Below the pieces are notes generated by a model. The model ran no database searches and was not told the origin of the DNA. It saw only the letters and a list, made by a program, of their open reading frames with translations. Shown one piece after another: positions 9,641-19,788 of a stretch of 64,000 nt of DNA. A program made the translations under genes and the position numbers. Location of the stretch: the IMG/VR virus record IMGVR_UViG_3300033075_001751, positions 69,959 through 133,958 of that record; one strand, written 5' to 3'. The stretch is from a virus (lineage: Duplodnaviria; Caudoviricetes). The first letter of the stretch is position 1; each line of letters starts with the position of its first letter.

Positions 9641-11826
9641 TACCTCATGTGCTTGAAAGGGTTGCGGGTACCCTTGGTGCTTCTATTGTTTCCGCCCATG
9701 TGACGGAAAGGACTTGTTTGCAATTTAGCAAATTTTGACATGTCAACCTCTTTCTCTTTTGTTTTGTCAACCACTACCCTGCCACGGTGAGCTTCTTGTA
9801 GTGCGATCAATACCCTGAGAGCTGTGTACGAAACAAGGCGGTCTACGTTTATACCAGCACGGTATTGTTCCATTTCTGTAATGAGCATGATGTCTTTGAT
9901 TTCTTCAATGCCCAATACGGTCTTGACAACTTTTGATCCGTCGCTAGTAAACTCTTGATTGGTGATTGTCCGGATATGATCCTTTAAATACTGCAACATG
10001 TTATCCCGGAAAATAGAACCGGTGTTTCTCCATCCGTAACCGGAGGTATCCATGTTTCCCCGAATATCAGCTTTGAAAATCATCTGGTTTGTCGGGACCA
10101 AATATTTTTGAAGATTCTTTCCGATCATGTGAGTAATGAAACCTGATACGTTATTTTCTACAACAGTCCATGCTCCATACATTTCAATGATCCACTGAAG
10201 ATAATTGTGAGTGTCATCCGGGTTGTCAAAACGACCGCACCATGCTGCAACCATACCGGGTTCTTCAGATGTGACTTCCAGTTTTCCTTCACCGTTTAGC
10301 CGGCGAGTTTCGAATGCAGTTTTATGAACATAAATGGAACAAAGTGATTCCGATGTACGGGTTTTGCCTTTTTCTACCGGGTCAACACTTGCATAGTACG
10401 CACCGAAAGGAGGATTCTTTACAGGTCGCTCCCATACAACCACACAGCCGCGCTTATCTACTGTTTTAGGCGAGATGGGAAAATCCGAGATAGGGTTACG
10501 AGTAGATTTGATATATCGCGGCTTACCATCAGTTTCATCAATTTCAATGTCACAGTATTCTTTTGGATACTCTTTTTCTTCGATTCGCCGACGCTGTGCT
10601 GAAAGAAGATGTTTCGGAAATTCGGATTCTCCCCTAAAATCAAAAGCTTCTTTGATGTTGCGAGGTCTTTGCGAAATTTCGAATTGGTAATCATTAGGAT
10701 CCAGAGTACGACGGAATTCATCATATAACTCTTCAAGTGCAGCCAATGCTTCTTTGACCAAGGAGTTTCCAAATTCATCAATGTAAGGTTCCATTGACCA
10801 CTGTTCTGGAATGAACATTGCGGTTCTTCCGATGGTTCCTTTATCATCAATAAGATTGGATTCGACTGAATAGAACCCATTATCGTCAGGGTTCATTACA
10901 AATTTCTTCAAGGGTTCACATTCTGTAAGTTCACCTACAGAACCAGAAATAATGAAGATACCTGTTGTGAGCATTCCAAAGCGTAATGCCTGACGCATGT
11001 ATCCGTAAGTTTTGTCAGCAGTTTTAGCAATACCTCCTTCTTCATAAAAGAAGATTTTACAAGGTCCACCTACACCGGTGTTTGGTTTACGTTCAAAAGT
11101 GAGAGCTATGAGTTTTCCCATATTACCCTTTTTGATCGTTTTACCATCTATGGTTTCTTCATGTTTTTGCTGCCAGTTGCCCGTACCTCCAGGATTCATT
11201 TCCCGGTACCATGCTGTATGGGTGTTACGGAAGTTTCTACCGGCTTCAAGATATTCCCAAGTTCCTTGCTCGTCAACGTATCTTTTATCAGAAGCTCCCA
11301 TTTTTAAAGTTGGACCCTTTTCAAACCAGAGTTGGTTTAAGAGCTTTGCTGCATGGAAATAGCTCATTGCTATCTGTCGCTTTTTTAGAATCGCTGCGTG
11401 CATTCCGTGAAGTTCCGCAAGCAATTCGTAAATAGAGACGTAGTATTGGGTGTCATATACGTTTACCCTGGAGAAATCATTTTTTACTTTGTCGTAGAGA
11501 GGATTGAAGTTGATCCAATCGTAGTAGTCCCGAGGTAAGTACCAGGTATCGTTGTCACCATGGAATATAGCACCTTCCCTACATTTTTCCTTTTCAAATT
11601 CCCAATATTTAATACTGTCGAGCGTTCCTTCAGGATGGATGCAATAGTATCCATCTCTTTCGAAATTTCTCATCTGCTCATTGAACAGAAAAGCTGTTTT
11701 GTCAAAATTGCAAGTTCCCGGCTCTTTAAAAAGAGGTTTGACAAAGGCTATGAAATCTTCCTTTGTAGCAAACTCTGTGTATGACCAAGAGCCATTTTTC
11801 CAAGTCGGGACTTTTTTGTAACTCAT
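9640..11826 (-). CDS. terL: terminase large subunit
   Basis: Walker A-like ILKKRQIAMSY, Walker B FFYEEGG, RNase H-like nuclease motifs SVDPV...VENN...DRLVS. Confidence 0.92.
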   Translation of the reverse strand: MSYKKVPTWKNGSWSYTEFATKEDFIAFVKPLFKEPGTCNFDKTAFLFNEQMRNFERDGYYCIHPEGTLDSIKYWEFEKEKCREGAIFHGDNDTWYLPRDYYDWINFNPLYDKVKNDFSRVNVYDTQYYVSIYELLAELHGMHAAILKKRQIAMSYFHAAKLLNQLWFEKGPTLKMGASDKRYVDEQGTWEYLEAGRNFRNTHTAWYREMNPGGTGNWQQKHEETIDGKTIKKGNMGKLIALTFERKPNTGVGGPCKIFFYEEGGIAKTADKTYGYMRQALRFGMLTTGIFIISGSVGELTECEPLKKFVMNPDDNGFYSVESNLIDDKGTIGRTAMFIPEQWSMEPYIDEFGNSLVKEALAALEELYDEFRRTLDPNDYQFEISQRPRNIKEAFDFRGESEFPKHLLSAQRRRIEEKEYPKEYCDIEIDETDGKPRYIKSTRNPISDFPISPKTVDKRGCVVVWERPVKNPPFGAYYASVDPVEKGKTRTSESLCSIYVHKTAFETRRLNGEGKLEVTSEEPGMVAAWCGRFDNPDDTHNYLQWIIEMYGAWTVVENNVSGFITHMIGKNLQKYLVPTNQMIFKADIRGNMDTSGYGWRNTGSIFRDNMLQYLKDHIRTITNQEFTSDGSKVVKTVLGIEEIKDIMLITEMEQYRAGINVDRLVSYTALRVLIALQEAHRGRVVVDKTKEKEVDMSKFAKLQTSPFRHMGGNNRSTKGTRNPFKHMR

Positions 11827-12341
11827 TGGTCGTATGCTTTCTTCCTGTCACCTCTGACTCGGGTACTACCTTGCTCGTCTTGAAGTTCCCGGTATGCCTG
11901 TTTGTATGCTGCTGCGTATTCTTTCTGACCTTTCATGTAAGTATTGATGGCTGCAGCATTTCCGTCTCTACCTGTTGTAATTTCTGTATCCGCAAGAAAA
12001 GTGGAAATCTTGTCGTACATTTTCTTTGCTCCGAGATAAGCTCTTTTTGTAGGAGTATCAAAAAGTATAGTGCAAAACTCAAGTGCTTCTTGCATTCCCT
12101 CATCTTCCGGTGAAAAATCCGACCGCAGAGAAGCCAGGATTAGCTCTTCCTTATCATTTTCAGGAGTGTTAAGAAAAGGATTTTTCTTTTCATCCATACA
12201 GGTCATATATTGCAGGTACGCATAACGATCAGTAAAATTATCCGGATACAGCTCCATGATAATTTTCAAAGGATCGTTGACGTAACAGTGACTTGTAGGT
12301 TTTACTACACCTTCTTCTATCGCAAATAGTTCGATTGACAT
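11823..12341 (-). CDS. conserved protein upstream of terL (possible small terminase)
   Basis: Overlaps the terL start; helical; basic C-terminus RVRGDRKKAYDQ. Confidence 0.45.
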   Translation of the reverse strand: MSIELFAIEEGVVKPTSHCYVNDPLKIIMELYPDNFTDRYAYLQYMTCMDEKKNPFLNTPENDKEELILASLRSDFSPEDEGMQEALEFCTILFDTPTKRAYLGAKKMYDKISTFLADTEITTGRDGNAAAINTYMKGQKEYAAAYKQAYRELQDEQGSTRVRGDRKKAYDQ

Positions 12342-12403
12342 ATCTCTTTTTATTAGAACAACAAAGGGTTTGATGCTATCTCCCCCGTTGACTGTTGACC
12401 GGA

Positions 12404-12799
12404 TTATTTTTTCAAATCTCCCATGACACCGCGACTGATCCTGTCGTCAATACGTTCCTTGCAACAATCAAGAAACCCTTGCAAGTGAGCAAGTGCACGT
12501 TCATTGTTGTCGGAAGGAAACCGTGCATTCATTTTGGCAAGCCTGTCCATGAGGGCGATCACCAATTGCTCGGATTGCAAACCAGGTGTAACCGTACCGT
12601 CGTCAGCTTTCTTTACAAACTGTACTTGCTGCCAAGAATTGTCGTACTGGGTTTCTCCATTGCTGAAACCGAGACAATTTTGAAACGTGTAAAGATGAGC
12701 TCCACCTTTTCCGTAAAGATCATCGTTGTCGCTTGCCCATACTGTCGTATCGGGTGAGGGGTAGACCTTGCCTACCGGTTCTCCTGTAACTGCTTTCAT
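12404..12799 (-). CDS. tad1: Tad1/Acb2-family immune-signal sponge protein
   Basis: GGAHLY...VQF...G..SEQLVIALMDRL...F.S.NNERALAHL......ERIDDRISRGVMG matches the Tad1 pattern (GGAyH.Y, I.FQ, DRL, EN..AL.H, R.eDRI.R.V.G). Confidence 0.78.
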   Translation of the reverse strand: MKAVTGEPVGKVYPSPDTTVWASDNDDLYGKGGAHLYTFQNCLGFSNGETQYDNSWQQVQFVKKADDGTVTPGLQSEQLVIALMDRLAKMNARFPSDNNERALAHLQGFLDCCKERIDDRISRGVMGDLKK

Positions 12800-12817
12800 A
12801 GTATTACTCAGATTAAT

Positions 12818-13183
12818 TTACAGAAAATACAACGCTGTCATGTTGCATACAACGTGGAAGATATTGTCAATGATGATCAGCAGCCAAACAGATAACCATG
12901 AAGGGGTATCTTCTGGAAATCCTGCGTTTCGGATGTCGAATGTGCCATTTTTGGCAGCGATGAACCATGCGACAATGTTGGTCCGGTCAATCAGGAAGTG
13001 AGTCCCGAAAATTACCAATACCGCAGGAATGCTCCCAATGAAAAGGAATGGCAAGGAGTAGCTTGCGCAGTGGATAAGACAAGCTTTGAATCCATAGGAC
13101 CCTTTGATTTTTTTGTTTGCTGACATCCAATGGTTTTGAAGGATGTAGTCGCCAATGAAATGTAACAATACTTGCATAATCAT
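12818..13183 (-). CDS. DUF3307-like membrane protein
   Basis: HFIGDYILQ...H...THFLID...DNIFH motifs with hydrophobic segments. Confidence 0.75.
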   Translation of the reverse strand: MIMQVLLHFIGDYILQNHWMSANKKIKGSYGFKACLIHCASYSLPFLFIGSIPAVLVIFGTHFLIDRTNIVAWFIAAKNGTFDIRNAGFPEDTPSWLSVWLLIIIDNIFHVVCNMTALYFL

Positions 13184-13977
13184 AGATTTTTTTTGTGTGC
13201 AATCATAGCCTGCACATGTGATTTTAAATAAGGTACTTCGATAGAATCCACTCTCAGGACCACAGGATTCCCGTTTGCGTCCATTTTGATGTTGCGCTCT
13301 TTGAACTTTCCTTCCTCACCTTCGTCGAATATGACATGGTGAATGATCATCTTACCAGGCTTGAGTTTCGGATTGTGGCGCAACACCATATACATATAGA
13401 GTGAAAGCTGCAGTGCATAGTGGATGAAGTTGCAGTCATCAAGATTGTCGATTGGTTTGAGCATTTTCTTTGAAATACCCTCATGATTGACAAATCCTTT
13501 TTTCTCGATGGTTTTGGAAGTTTTGTAATCGTCAATGTCGACAATTCCGTTGCATACGGTTACGATGTCTCCTTGACCGCACAACGCAGCAGACTCCATG
13601 TAACAAAGGTGTTCCGGATAGATTCCATCTTTAAGGATTTGCGGCGGAGCAAGTTTGATTCCATCTTCCATCACCGGCGCAACTACCGGGATATGAACAC
13701 CGCGTACCAACCCGCTTCCTTTGTCGTGAGCCTCGGTCTCTTTCATCAGGTGATACCAGTGACCTGTTTCAAGAGAAAGATCGGATTTTGTTTTCCAGTG
13801 TTTGCGAATTTCTTCCGGAGGAATACCATACCACGGAGAAGTTTTCTTCTTGGATACCAGCTCAGACATCTTTACAGCATCGAAAGGTTGTTTGAATTTG
13901 GAAATGAATGTCGTGACACCCATCCAATCAATACCTTTGCCGGTATAACTGTGATCTTTCTCGTCAAATTTTAGCAT
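13180..13977 (-). CDS. PD-(D/E)XK (RecB/Cas4-like) nuclease
   Basis: E...GQGDIV...IDDYKT...YALQLSLY motifs. Confidence 0.85.
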   Translation of the reverse strand: MLKFDEKDHSYTGKGIDWMGVTTFISKFKQPFDAVKMSELVSKKKTSPWYGIPPEEIRKHWKTKSDLSLETGHWYHLMKETEAHDKGSGLVRGVHIPVVAPVMEDGIKLAPPQILKDGIYPEHLCYMESAALCGQGDIVTVCNGIVDIDDYKTSKTIEKKGFVNHEGISKKMLKPIDNLDDCNFIHYALQLSLYMYMVLRHNPKLKPGKMIIHHVIFDEGEEGKFKERNIKMDANGNPVVLRVDSIEVPYLKSHVQAMIAHKKNL

Positions 13978-14252
13978 GAGCTTGCCTCCCTCGGGTCATT
14001 TTCTCCCGATAATGTTTGTTTGATATCGTAGCTACCACCGGTATAGCGATTTCCTTTGAAAGCATCTATATCCAACGGAACAAAAGGTTCGGGTTTACTA
14101 CCATACGGAGGTAAACCGGTTAGAGATGAGATGATACCATGACCATTACAAATACCACAGTTTACCATAAGCAACTTAGACGATTCTCGAATCTCTCTTA
14201 CTGTCTTGTTGCCTTTACACAACGGGCATACTTCCCAGGTGCTCATATTCAT
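13971..14252 (-). CDS. small zinc-finger protein
   Basis: CPLCKG...CGICNG (DnaJ-type CxxCxG pair). Confidence 0.6.
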   Translation of the reverse strand: MNMSTWEVCPLCKGNKTVREIRESSKLLMVNCGICNGHGIISSLTGLPPYGSKPEPFVPLDIDAFKGNRYTGGSYDIKQTLSGENDPREASSC

Positions 14253-14566
14253 TCTGTTGGATTGAAACCGATTTCATTGTAAACTTCTTCCTGCTCATCA
14301 TCTGTCAGAATGGCTTTCCACTTCTTGTCATCGCACTCCGCAGCGAGACTTCGTGTTTTTAAAGCTAGTGAACATCCGCACAAACCGCAACAGGGTTGGG
14401 TCATCGGTACTTCACACAGGGTACCTTCCACGTCAATGTGAGGACAACTTGCGCAGATGCTCAAACGGTCCTGAGCTATTGCCTCTACAGAGTCGGTCTT
14501 GAAGAGATTGTTCTTCAGACCTTCAAATATCAACTTCCGGTTCTTCCAAAGCTTGAGTGCTTCCAC
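14249..14566 (-). CDS. Cys-rich phage protein
   Basis: RLSICASC...CCGLCGC.LALKTR...C...KW. Confidence 0.6.
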   Translation of the reverse strand: MEALKLWKNRKLIFEGLKNNLFKTDSVEAIAQDRLSICASCPHIDVEGTLCEVPMTQPCCGLCGCSLALKTRSLAAECDDKKWKAILTDDEQEEVYNEIGFNPTE

Positions 14567-14915
14567 TGTTTATTGCCCTCCTAAGTGCTCTTTTTTGTTC
14601 AAAAATTTTACGTTGACTCGTAATTTCGTACATGATAGACTCCAGTCTTTTCACAGTATCGTTTACATTCCTGGTACCATCCGGTCCAATTGCATCGGGA
14701 TACTTTCTGAATGTACTCAGTCTTTTTTCAATAGCTTTTGGAATCGCATCGAAACAACCCAAGTTTGGAATATAAACCTTGGCTCTGTTTCCTTTGTCCA
14801 GCTGGTCCTGAATCATCCCCCAGTATTGGTTGAGTATTGCCCGTACATGCGACTCATCCATACCCGCTTCTTTGGCGAATTCAGGTATAAGATCGTTTGC
14901 ACGTTGAGGTGTCAT
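14523..14915 (-). CDS. HU/IHF-like DNA-binding protein
   Basis: Two helices followed by KVYIPNLGCF (HU v.i.gfG.F motif). Confidence 0.6.
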   Translation of the reverse strand: MTPQRANDLIPEFAKEAGMDESHVRAILNQYWGMIQDQLDKGNRAKVYIPNLGCFDAIPKAIEKRLSTFRKYPDAIGPDGTRNVNDTVKRLESIMYEITSQRKIFEQKRALRRAINSGSTQALEEPEVDI

Positions 14916-15286
14916 TCTCTTCTTCCAAATTGATAGGTGAGTAAAATGTTACCCTCGCTTGCAATTTGAATCGTATTCGCCAATCTGAGAGTTTTCCGGT
15001 GTCCGATGTTGTCTTTTACCAGAATTCCTTCTTTTACAGCTTTATTCAATGCGCAACGGGCGGACATTTCATTTCCGTAAATGTCTTCGTCAAATGCCTC
15101 TCGACATATATCCAACAAAGAAACGGTTCCTCTTTGAGCAATAATTGCCAAACATGAGCAAAGGGCTTTCGAAAGAATTTTTCCTTGCAAGAAAAAATGA
15201 ATGTGCAGCTGAAGCTCTACGATTTCACGCAGCTCCAGCATGATGCTTCCGGTCGGAGGATGTAGAACTCTGGTCAACTTAGCCAT
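14912..15286 (-). CDS. winged-helix protein, putative
   Basis: SARCALNKAVKEGILVK recognition-helix/wing pattern. Confidence 0.45.
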   Translation of the reverse strand: MAKLTRVLHPPTGSIMLELREIVELQLHIHFFLQGKILSKALCSCLAIIAQRGTVSLLDICREAFDEDIYGNEMSARCALNKAVKEGILVKDNIGHRKTLRLANTIQIASEGNILLTYQFGRRE

Positions 15287-15287
15287 G

Positions 15288-15500
15288 TCAAGCTTCTTTT
15301 TTGTGCAATGATGCCAGGTTTTCCTGTTCTTCGATCAGTCTTTCACGCATCTTGTTCAGCTGCATGATTTCAACTTCACATTTCAGATAATCACGGTATG
15401 GCGAAAGTAATTCAAGTTCTTGTTTGTAGAACTCTGCTTGCTCTTTCATTTTTTCCCGTCGTTTTGCAGCTGCTTCAGCGGTTTCTTTTTTCGTAGACAT
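15288..15500 (-). CDS. small coiled-coil protein (start MSTKK)
   Basis: ATG at 15500, downstream of a TATATTTG element. Confidence 0.55.
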   Translation of the reverse strand: MSTKKETAEAAAKRREKMKEQAEFYKQELELLSPYRDYLKCEVEIMQLNKMRERLIEEQENLASLHKKEA

Positions 15501-15546
15501 CGTGTATATTTTTCTCAAATATACATAAAAGAAATTTACATGCAAC

Positions 15547-15990
15547 TTACATGATCCTCCACATGTCGCGCTCGTTACGACGTTGTTCCTGAAGATTGAT
15601 TTGTTTCAAAAGAGACGGATAGACAATCCATCTTACCAAAACAGCTCCCACAATGACACACACGACCTCATCCCAAAATGCCCGGTGTCCCCAGGGATTG
15701 ATTCCCAACATTTGGATTACATCGATAGCTGCAAGAATGTTGATGAAGTGTAAAAGTAATTTGGTTCGCAACCATTCAGGACCAAGTACAATCGGCTTGT
15801 AAACTTCAATCGGAATGCGCGTCCACAAAAAAAGTTGCAAATACTGAAAAAAAAAGCCCGACCAGGTATACCATAGGTCGGACTGCGGAAACAAAATTCC
15901 TTCAAAACATTCGTATGCTGAGAAGCCAAAGCCGCACAACCAGCCCATCAATCCTAGTAGGAATACTCTGACAAGGTTGATGTCACGCAT
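15547..15990 (-). CDS. multi-pass membrane protein
   Basis: About four hydrophobic segments. Confidence 0.6.
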   Translation of the reverse strand: MRDINLVRVFLLGLMGWLCGFGFSAYECFEGILFPQSDLWYTWSGFFFQYLQLFLWTRIPIEVYKPIVLGPEWLRTKLLLHFINILAAIDVIQMLGINPWGHRAFWDEVVCVIVGAVLVRWIVYPSLLKQINLQEQRRNERDMWRIM

Positions 15991-15991
15991 T

Positions 15992-16294
15992 TTATGTGGG
16001 TCTTACCACACGGATTGGTGCGCCGGGGGATCCTAGCTTCGGATAACAAGAAAAATCATTCCATACTGCAGCAGCAAGAGTGTTAAATTCTACGGTTGTC
16101 ATACCGTTCAGTTCTGCAGCAACTTGGTCCCGCCAAGACGAACTGTGATCTGCTCCGGAACAATTTCCGTTTGGAACTATGATCACATCGTAAAGAAGAA
16201 CCGGAGCGTCGGCAAGAACACAACCGTCAAATCCATTGAGATACGCTGCATCTGCTTTGGACAGTTCTTTGATTTTATTTTTCAGTGTAGCCAT
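15992..16294 (-). CDS. hypothetical protein
   Basis: Tightly packed ORF in the operon. Confidence 0.6.
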   Translation of the reverse strand: MATLKNKIKELSKADAAYLNGFDGCVLADAPVLLYDVIIVPNGNCSGADHSSSWRDQVAAELNGMTTVEFNTLAAAVWNDFSCYPKLGSPGAPIRVVRPT

Positions 16295-16299
16295 AGCGA

Positions 16300-16566
16300 T
16301 CAGAATTTTGCTTTCAACTTGCTTTCGCCATTTCCTTCGTGATCTCCTTGGTCAATTCGATTGACATCTTTTCGGAGGTATTCGATGTCTTTGTCACGTC
16401 TGGCATCCTCGATGTCTTTGAGATCGATTCTTTCCCGGAGCTTCTTAATTTGAGCAATGGCAAGACGCACCATAGCACCAAAGCTAGCAATAATGAGTAA
16501 TATATCAAGCTTTCCATCTTTATAAAACTTCGTGAGTAACTCGGGTATAACTTCTAATATTTCCAT
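16300..16566 (-). CDS. holin-like single-TM protein
   Basis: One TM segment followed by a charged coiled-coil tail. Confidence 0.4.
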   Translation of the reverse strand: MEILEVIPELLTKFYKDGKLDILLIIASFGAMVRLAIAQIKKLRERIDLKDIEDARRDKDIEYLRKDVNRIDQGDHEGNGESKLKAKF

Positions 16567-16641
16567 TGTGGCAAAATTTACGTTAGATAGTTCGACAAGT
16601 AGTGTGATTCTTAAAGATGATCTATTAACGTAATTTAAACT

Positions 16642-18207
16642 TTAAAGCGCAAATGTTTTTCGCTTATATTTTCCTTGAATCCGGATTGGACTATTTCCGC
16701 CAGTTTGATTTCCATGATTAGCCAGTTTAAACATGATACGTTCGCCTACACCTGTACGCGGAAGCGCACCAGAAACGTTCATTTGAGGCATTGCCGCAGG
16801 ATTGACAGTATCTCCTGCATAATTCAATCCGGTGTTTTGCAAAGCAGCCAGCAAAGTAGCAGTTCCAGTTCCCGGTAAATGAGAATAAAATCCTGCCGGT
16901 GAAGCCATGGTGTATGCCGTACCTTGATAAAAAAGCAAACATTCAAATTCCCAATAGCTGAAATACGTTCCCGCAATCGCAGGTACTATTTCAAATCCTC
17001 CTGTGATAGTCCATGCAAGATTGTTCAAAAGGTTAGCTGAACTGAAATTGAGCTTGATATACTGATATCCGTCCAGTGTCCATGTCGGATAGGTCAAAGT
17101 TTCAGTACTCGTGTCATTTTCCGTGACATACATATCGGCAATTGCCGTTGTAACTGTTTTTCCGGTAAACGATTTGAAACTTTCAACGTTAATGTTGATG
17201 AGGGATGCGCCAGCTGTTGTTACTGAAAATACAGAATTGATACCGAGTTTTATTCCGGCAAACTGTGCTGTTGCAGCAGTTGTAACAAGCGTCAATGAAG
17301 ATCCTGTTTTACATTCATGGTTGAAACAAAACGACACTGCGATGTTAATAGCCAAAAACCTGCAATTGTCAAGTTTACAACCTGTATAGTTTGATCGACC
17401 CCACGGGAAATAATCAAACGGAGCAGCGGAATACCCCCATGCAAAAAGCGTATTGATCGCTTTTGTCAATCTCCAAAAATTTCCAAAATCATCGAATCTT
17501 GCTTGCAACCATCCGTTTGGAACATCGTATTCGATTGCGTTTGATGAACCGATGTACCCGGCTGTTGAGCTTTTCAAAAGCAATTGGTAAGCCGGCGAAA
17601 CACCAGGCTCCGTTCCATCGGTAACTGTCGAGTCGACACATTGATATTGCCGGTGTCCCAAAGCGGCTGTTGCCCATATCACTACATCACCAGTAATTGT
17701 TTTGGATCCAACTACCGTAGCGTCACATGTAACACTACCGTTTCCTATGACATCTCCGATCAATGGTAAATTTCCTACTGTCGAATAAACAGTCATTGAA
17801 TCAACGCCATTGTCGGAAATAATAATACCATTCCATCCGCTCGTGCCCGTCACAGCGTCGCCAACGGCAAACGTGCCGCCGTTAAGGTTGTTGTATGTAA
17901 TCGTAAAGCCTTCAAGAGCGTTGTTCCAAATGCCGCTATTTGTGCCGCCGAAAACCACACCTGTTTCTGCTGCAACGCCAGTGTACACACCAACACTTTG
18001 CCAGTCGCAGTTCAAAAACAAACCGAATCCGTTTTGCGCTATCTGTGAACTTGACGAACAGAACAACCATCCTCCCTCATCGCAAATATCAGTTACCAGT
18101 ACCCATTTTCCGGCTGGCAAAGTTCCGTTTGACTGACTGGTTTGCAACTCGGTCAACGTCATTTCAATGGACGAAGGAGCAAACAGATTAACTGATGTAG
18201 TTGCCAT
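16642..18207 (-). CDS. putative virion fibre/structural protein
   Basis: 521 aa, Gly/Thr/Ser-rich and beta-rich, low charge. Confidence 0.55.
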   Translation of the reverse strand: MATTSVNLFAPSSIEMTLTELQTSQSNGTLPAGKWVLVTDICDEGGWLFCSSSSQIAQNGFGLFLNCDWQSVGVYTGVAAETGVVFGGTNSGIWNNALEGFTITYNNLNGGTFAVGDAVTGTSGWNGIIISDNGVDSMTVYSTVGNLPLIGDVIGNGSVTCDATVVGSKTITGDVVIWATAALGHRQYQCVDSTVTDGTEPGVSPAYQLLLKSSTAGYIGSSNAIEYDVPNGWLQARFDDFGNFWRLTKAINTLFAWGYSAAPFDYFPWGRSNYTGCKLDNCRFLAINIAVSFCFNHECKTGSSLTLVTTAATAQFAGIKLGINSVFSVTTAGASLININVESFKSFTGKTVTTAIADMYVTENDTSTETLTYPTWTLDGYQYIKLNFSSANLLNNLAWTITGGFEIVPAIAGTYFSYWEFECLLFYQGTAYTMASPAGFYSHLPGTGTATLLAALQNTGLNYAGDTVNPAAMPQMNVSGALPRTGVGERIMFKLANHGNQTGGNSPIRIQGKYKRKTFAL

Positions 18208-18545
18208 TACCGTGAAGTTGAAATTAACAATTCTGAAGCTTGGGGATCGAATACAACAGCATCAAGAGTTTCTCCGGGCAATGATGTACCCCAGGATACA
18301 CCTTCTTTTGTTTTGACTACTGCTCCCTGCACGATAGCATCTGAACTACCTGTGTTTACAATTGACACTGCTTTTGCACCAGCAGCGATAGTTCCGGAAC
18401 CAGAAACCCTTTGTAAAGTAGTAACAACGGTAACTGGAGTTGCCGGCGTTGCTCCTGAAAGCAAATCTTTAATTGCTTGCAAAAGACGGAATGCGTTGAT
18501 TTCGAAGTTGAACGTACCAGCTTTATGAGGTGTTTTTGGTCCCAT
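18207..18545 (-). CDS. small putative structural protein
   Basis: Beta-rich; first gene of the leftward operon. Confidence 0.5.
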   Translation of the reverse strand: MGPKTPHKAGTFNFEINAFRLLQAIKDLLSGATPATPVTVVTTLQRVSGSGTIAAGAKAVSIVNTGSSDAIVQGAVVKTKEGVSWGTSLPGETLDAVVFDPQASELLISTSR

Positions 18546-18633
18546 CGGTGCACTATTTTTGCCGAATATACTTGAACAGGTTGAATTGCAATGGATTTTG
18601 AAGATTGAAAATTCAAAAATGTTTTGTACTAAG

Positions 18634-18641
18634 TATATTTG
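18634..18641 (+). promoter_or_regulatory. Bacteroidota sigma-A-type -7 element upstream of the paralog array
   Basis: TATATTTG matches TAnnTTTG in the divergent intergenic gap; a second TATATTTA follows, and TATATTCG faces the opposite strand. Confidence 0.55.
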
Positions 18642-18664
18642 AAAAGTGTATATTTATGAAATAT

Positions 18665-19072
18665 ATGAAAAAAGAACAGTTTGAAAAAGTATTGGATTTG
18701 ATCAATGGAGACCCTGCCGAGAGAGCTCTTGCTTTTGAAATGATGTCAAATTTTACATTGGGTGACATTTTTGATTTGCTCAAACGGGTTTTTATCAAAG
18801 GATTCAACTTTACATGGAAGCACTTGGGTATAGAATTAGATGCCCGGAATTGGTTTATCTTCCGTTTTTTCAATCTTCCAGAAGGTTACCATCAAAGTAC
18901 TTTCCGATGGGCTTACTGGGACATCTCGACAATAAGGTGGATCAATCAAAATCGAGATCGGAAGCCTGACAGGACTGTTCCCTTTGTCATCGGTCATGAA
19001 GGATATTGGGTGAGTCAAAATGAATTTGACGTATTTATCAAAAACAGCAATGAAAAAGGAATACCCCGTTGA
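18665..19072 (+). CDS. N-module family protein 1
   Basis: EKVLDLINGDPAERALAFEMM. Confidence 0.75.
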   Translation: MKKEQFEKVLDLINGDPAERALAFEMMSNFTLGDIFDLLKRVFIKGFNFTWKHLGIELDARNWFIFRFFNLPEGYHQSTFRWAYWDISTIRWINQNRDRKPDRTVPFVIGHEGYWVSQNEFDVFIKNSNEKGIPR

Positions 19073-19460
19073 TAAAATCAAAGAGATGCTGCTCAGTGAA
19101 AGTGAAGCAGAACATACCCTGGCTGTTTGCATGATCAAGCAGTACATGAAGTTGGGAGAAGCTGTAGAGGTGCTGAATGTTACCAGACCTTCCTACTCCG
19201 ACAGTGATCTTTCAAGGATCTGTGTAATTCTTTCAATCTATCCGTTGCCTTACCGAATGGTAAAATGTGTTCCTTTTTGGAACGAACTTGTAATGTGGGC
19301 GGCAAAGTCTCCTAATAAAAGAGCATCCAAAAGCGATGCCAGTAAACGGTTATGTGAAAGAGCTGTTCGCCGGTTTATCAGATTACAGATCCACACTCGT
19401 GAAACAAAAGAAAGACTTCTTCGGATTGTATCACTTCCTTTAGAACCGACACATGGCTGA
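19050..19460 (+). CDS. N-module family protein 2
   Basis: DKIKEMLLSESEAEHTLAVCMI. Confidence 0.8.
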   Translation: MKKEYPVDKIKEMLLSESEAEHTLAVCMIKQYMKLGEAVEVLNVTRPSYSDSDLSRICVILSIYPLPYRMVKCVPFWNELVMWAAKSPNKRASKSDASKRLCERAVRRFIRLQIHTRETKERLLRIVSLPLEPTHG

Positions 19461-19788
19461 TCCACAAAAAATAATTGAACTATTGGAATCTTCCGATCCT
19501 GACGAATGTAGGCTTGGGTTGAAACTTCATGCGCAACTTGAATGTAAGGGAGGATTGTTGATGACAATGGCTGAGAATAGAGCTAACGCTACAATAGAGT
19601 TTGCGGAAATGTCTCTTGCTGACAGAATGAAACCGTTGCAACACTTCCTCAATAAGACCATGTATGGTATTGAAGACAAATTTCATACGATCATTACAGG
19701 GAAGAAAGGTCTTCAAAACATACGCGATTTACTGAAAAAGGAGATTGACAATGAAACAAGAAATACAGAAGATAATCGAGCTGATTGA
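19453..19788 (+). CDS. N-module family protein 3
   Basis: QKIIELLESSDPDECRLGLKL. Confidence 0.8.
   Translation: MADPQKIIELLESSDPDECRLGLKLHAQLECKGGLLMTMAENRANATIEFAEMSLADRMKPLQHFLNKTMYGIEDKFHTIITGKKGLQNIRDLLKKEIDNETRNTEDNRAD

Noticed and set aside
9640-11826. Intein or intron in the terminase
   Set aside because: Continuous ORF of normal length with no intein splice motifs.
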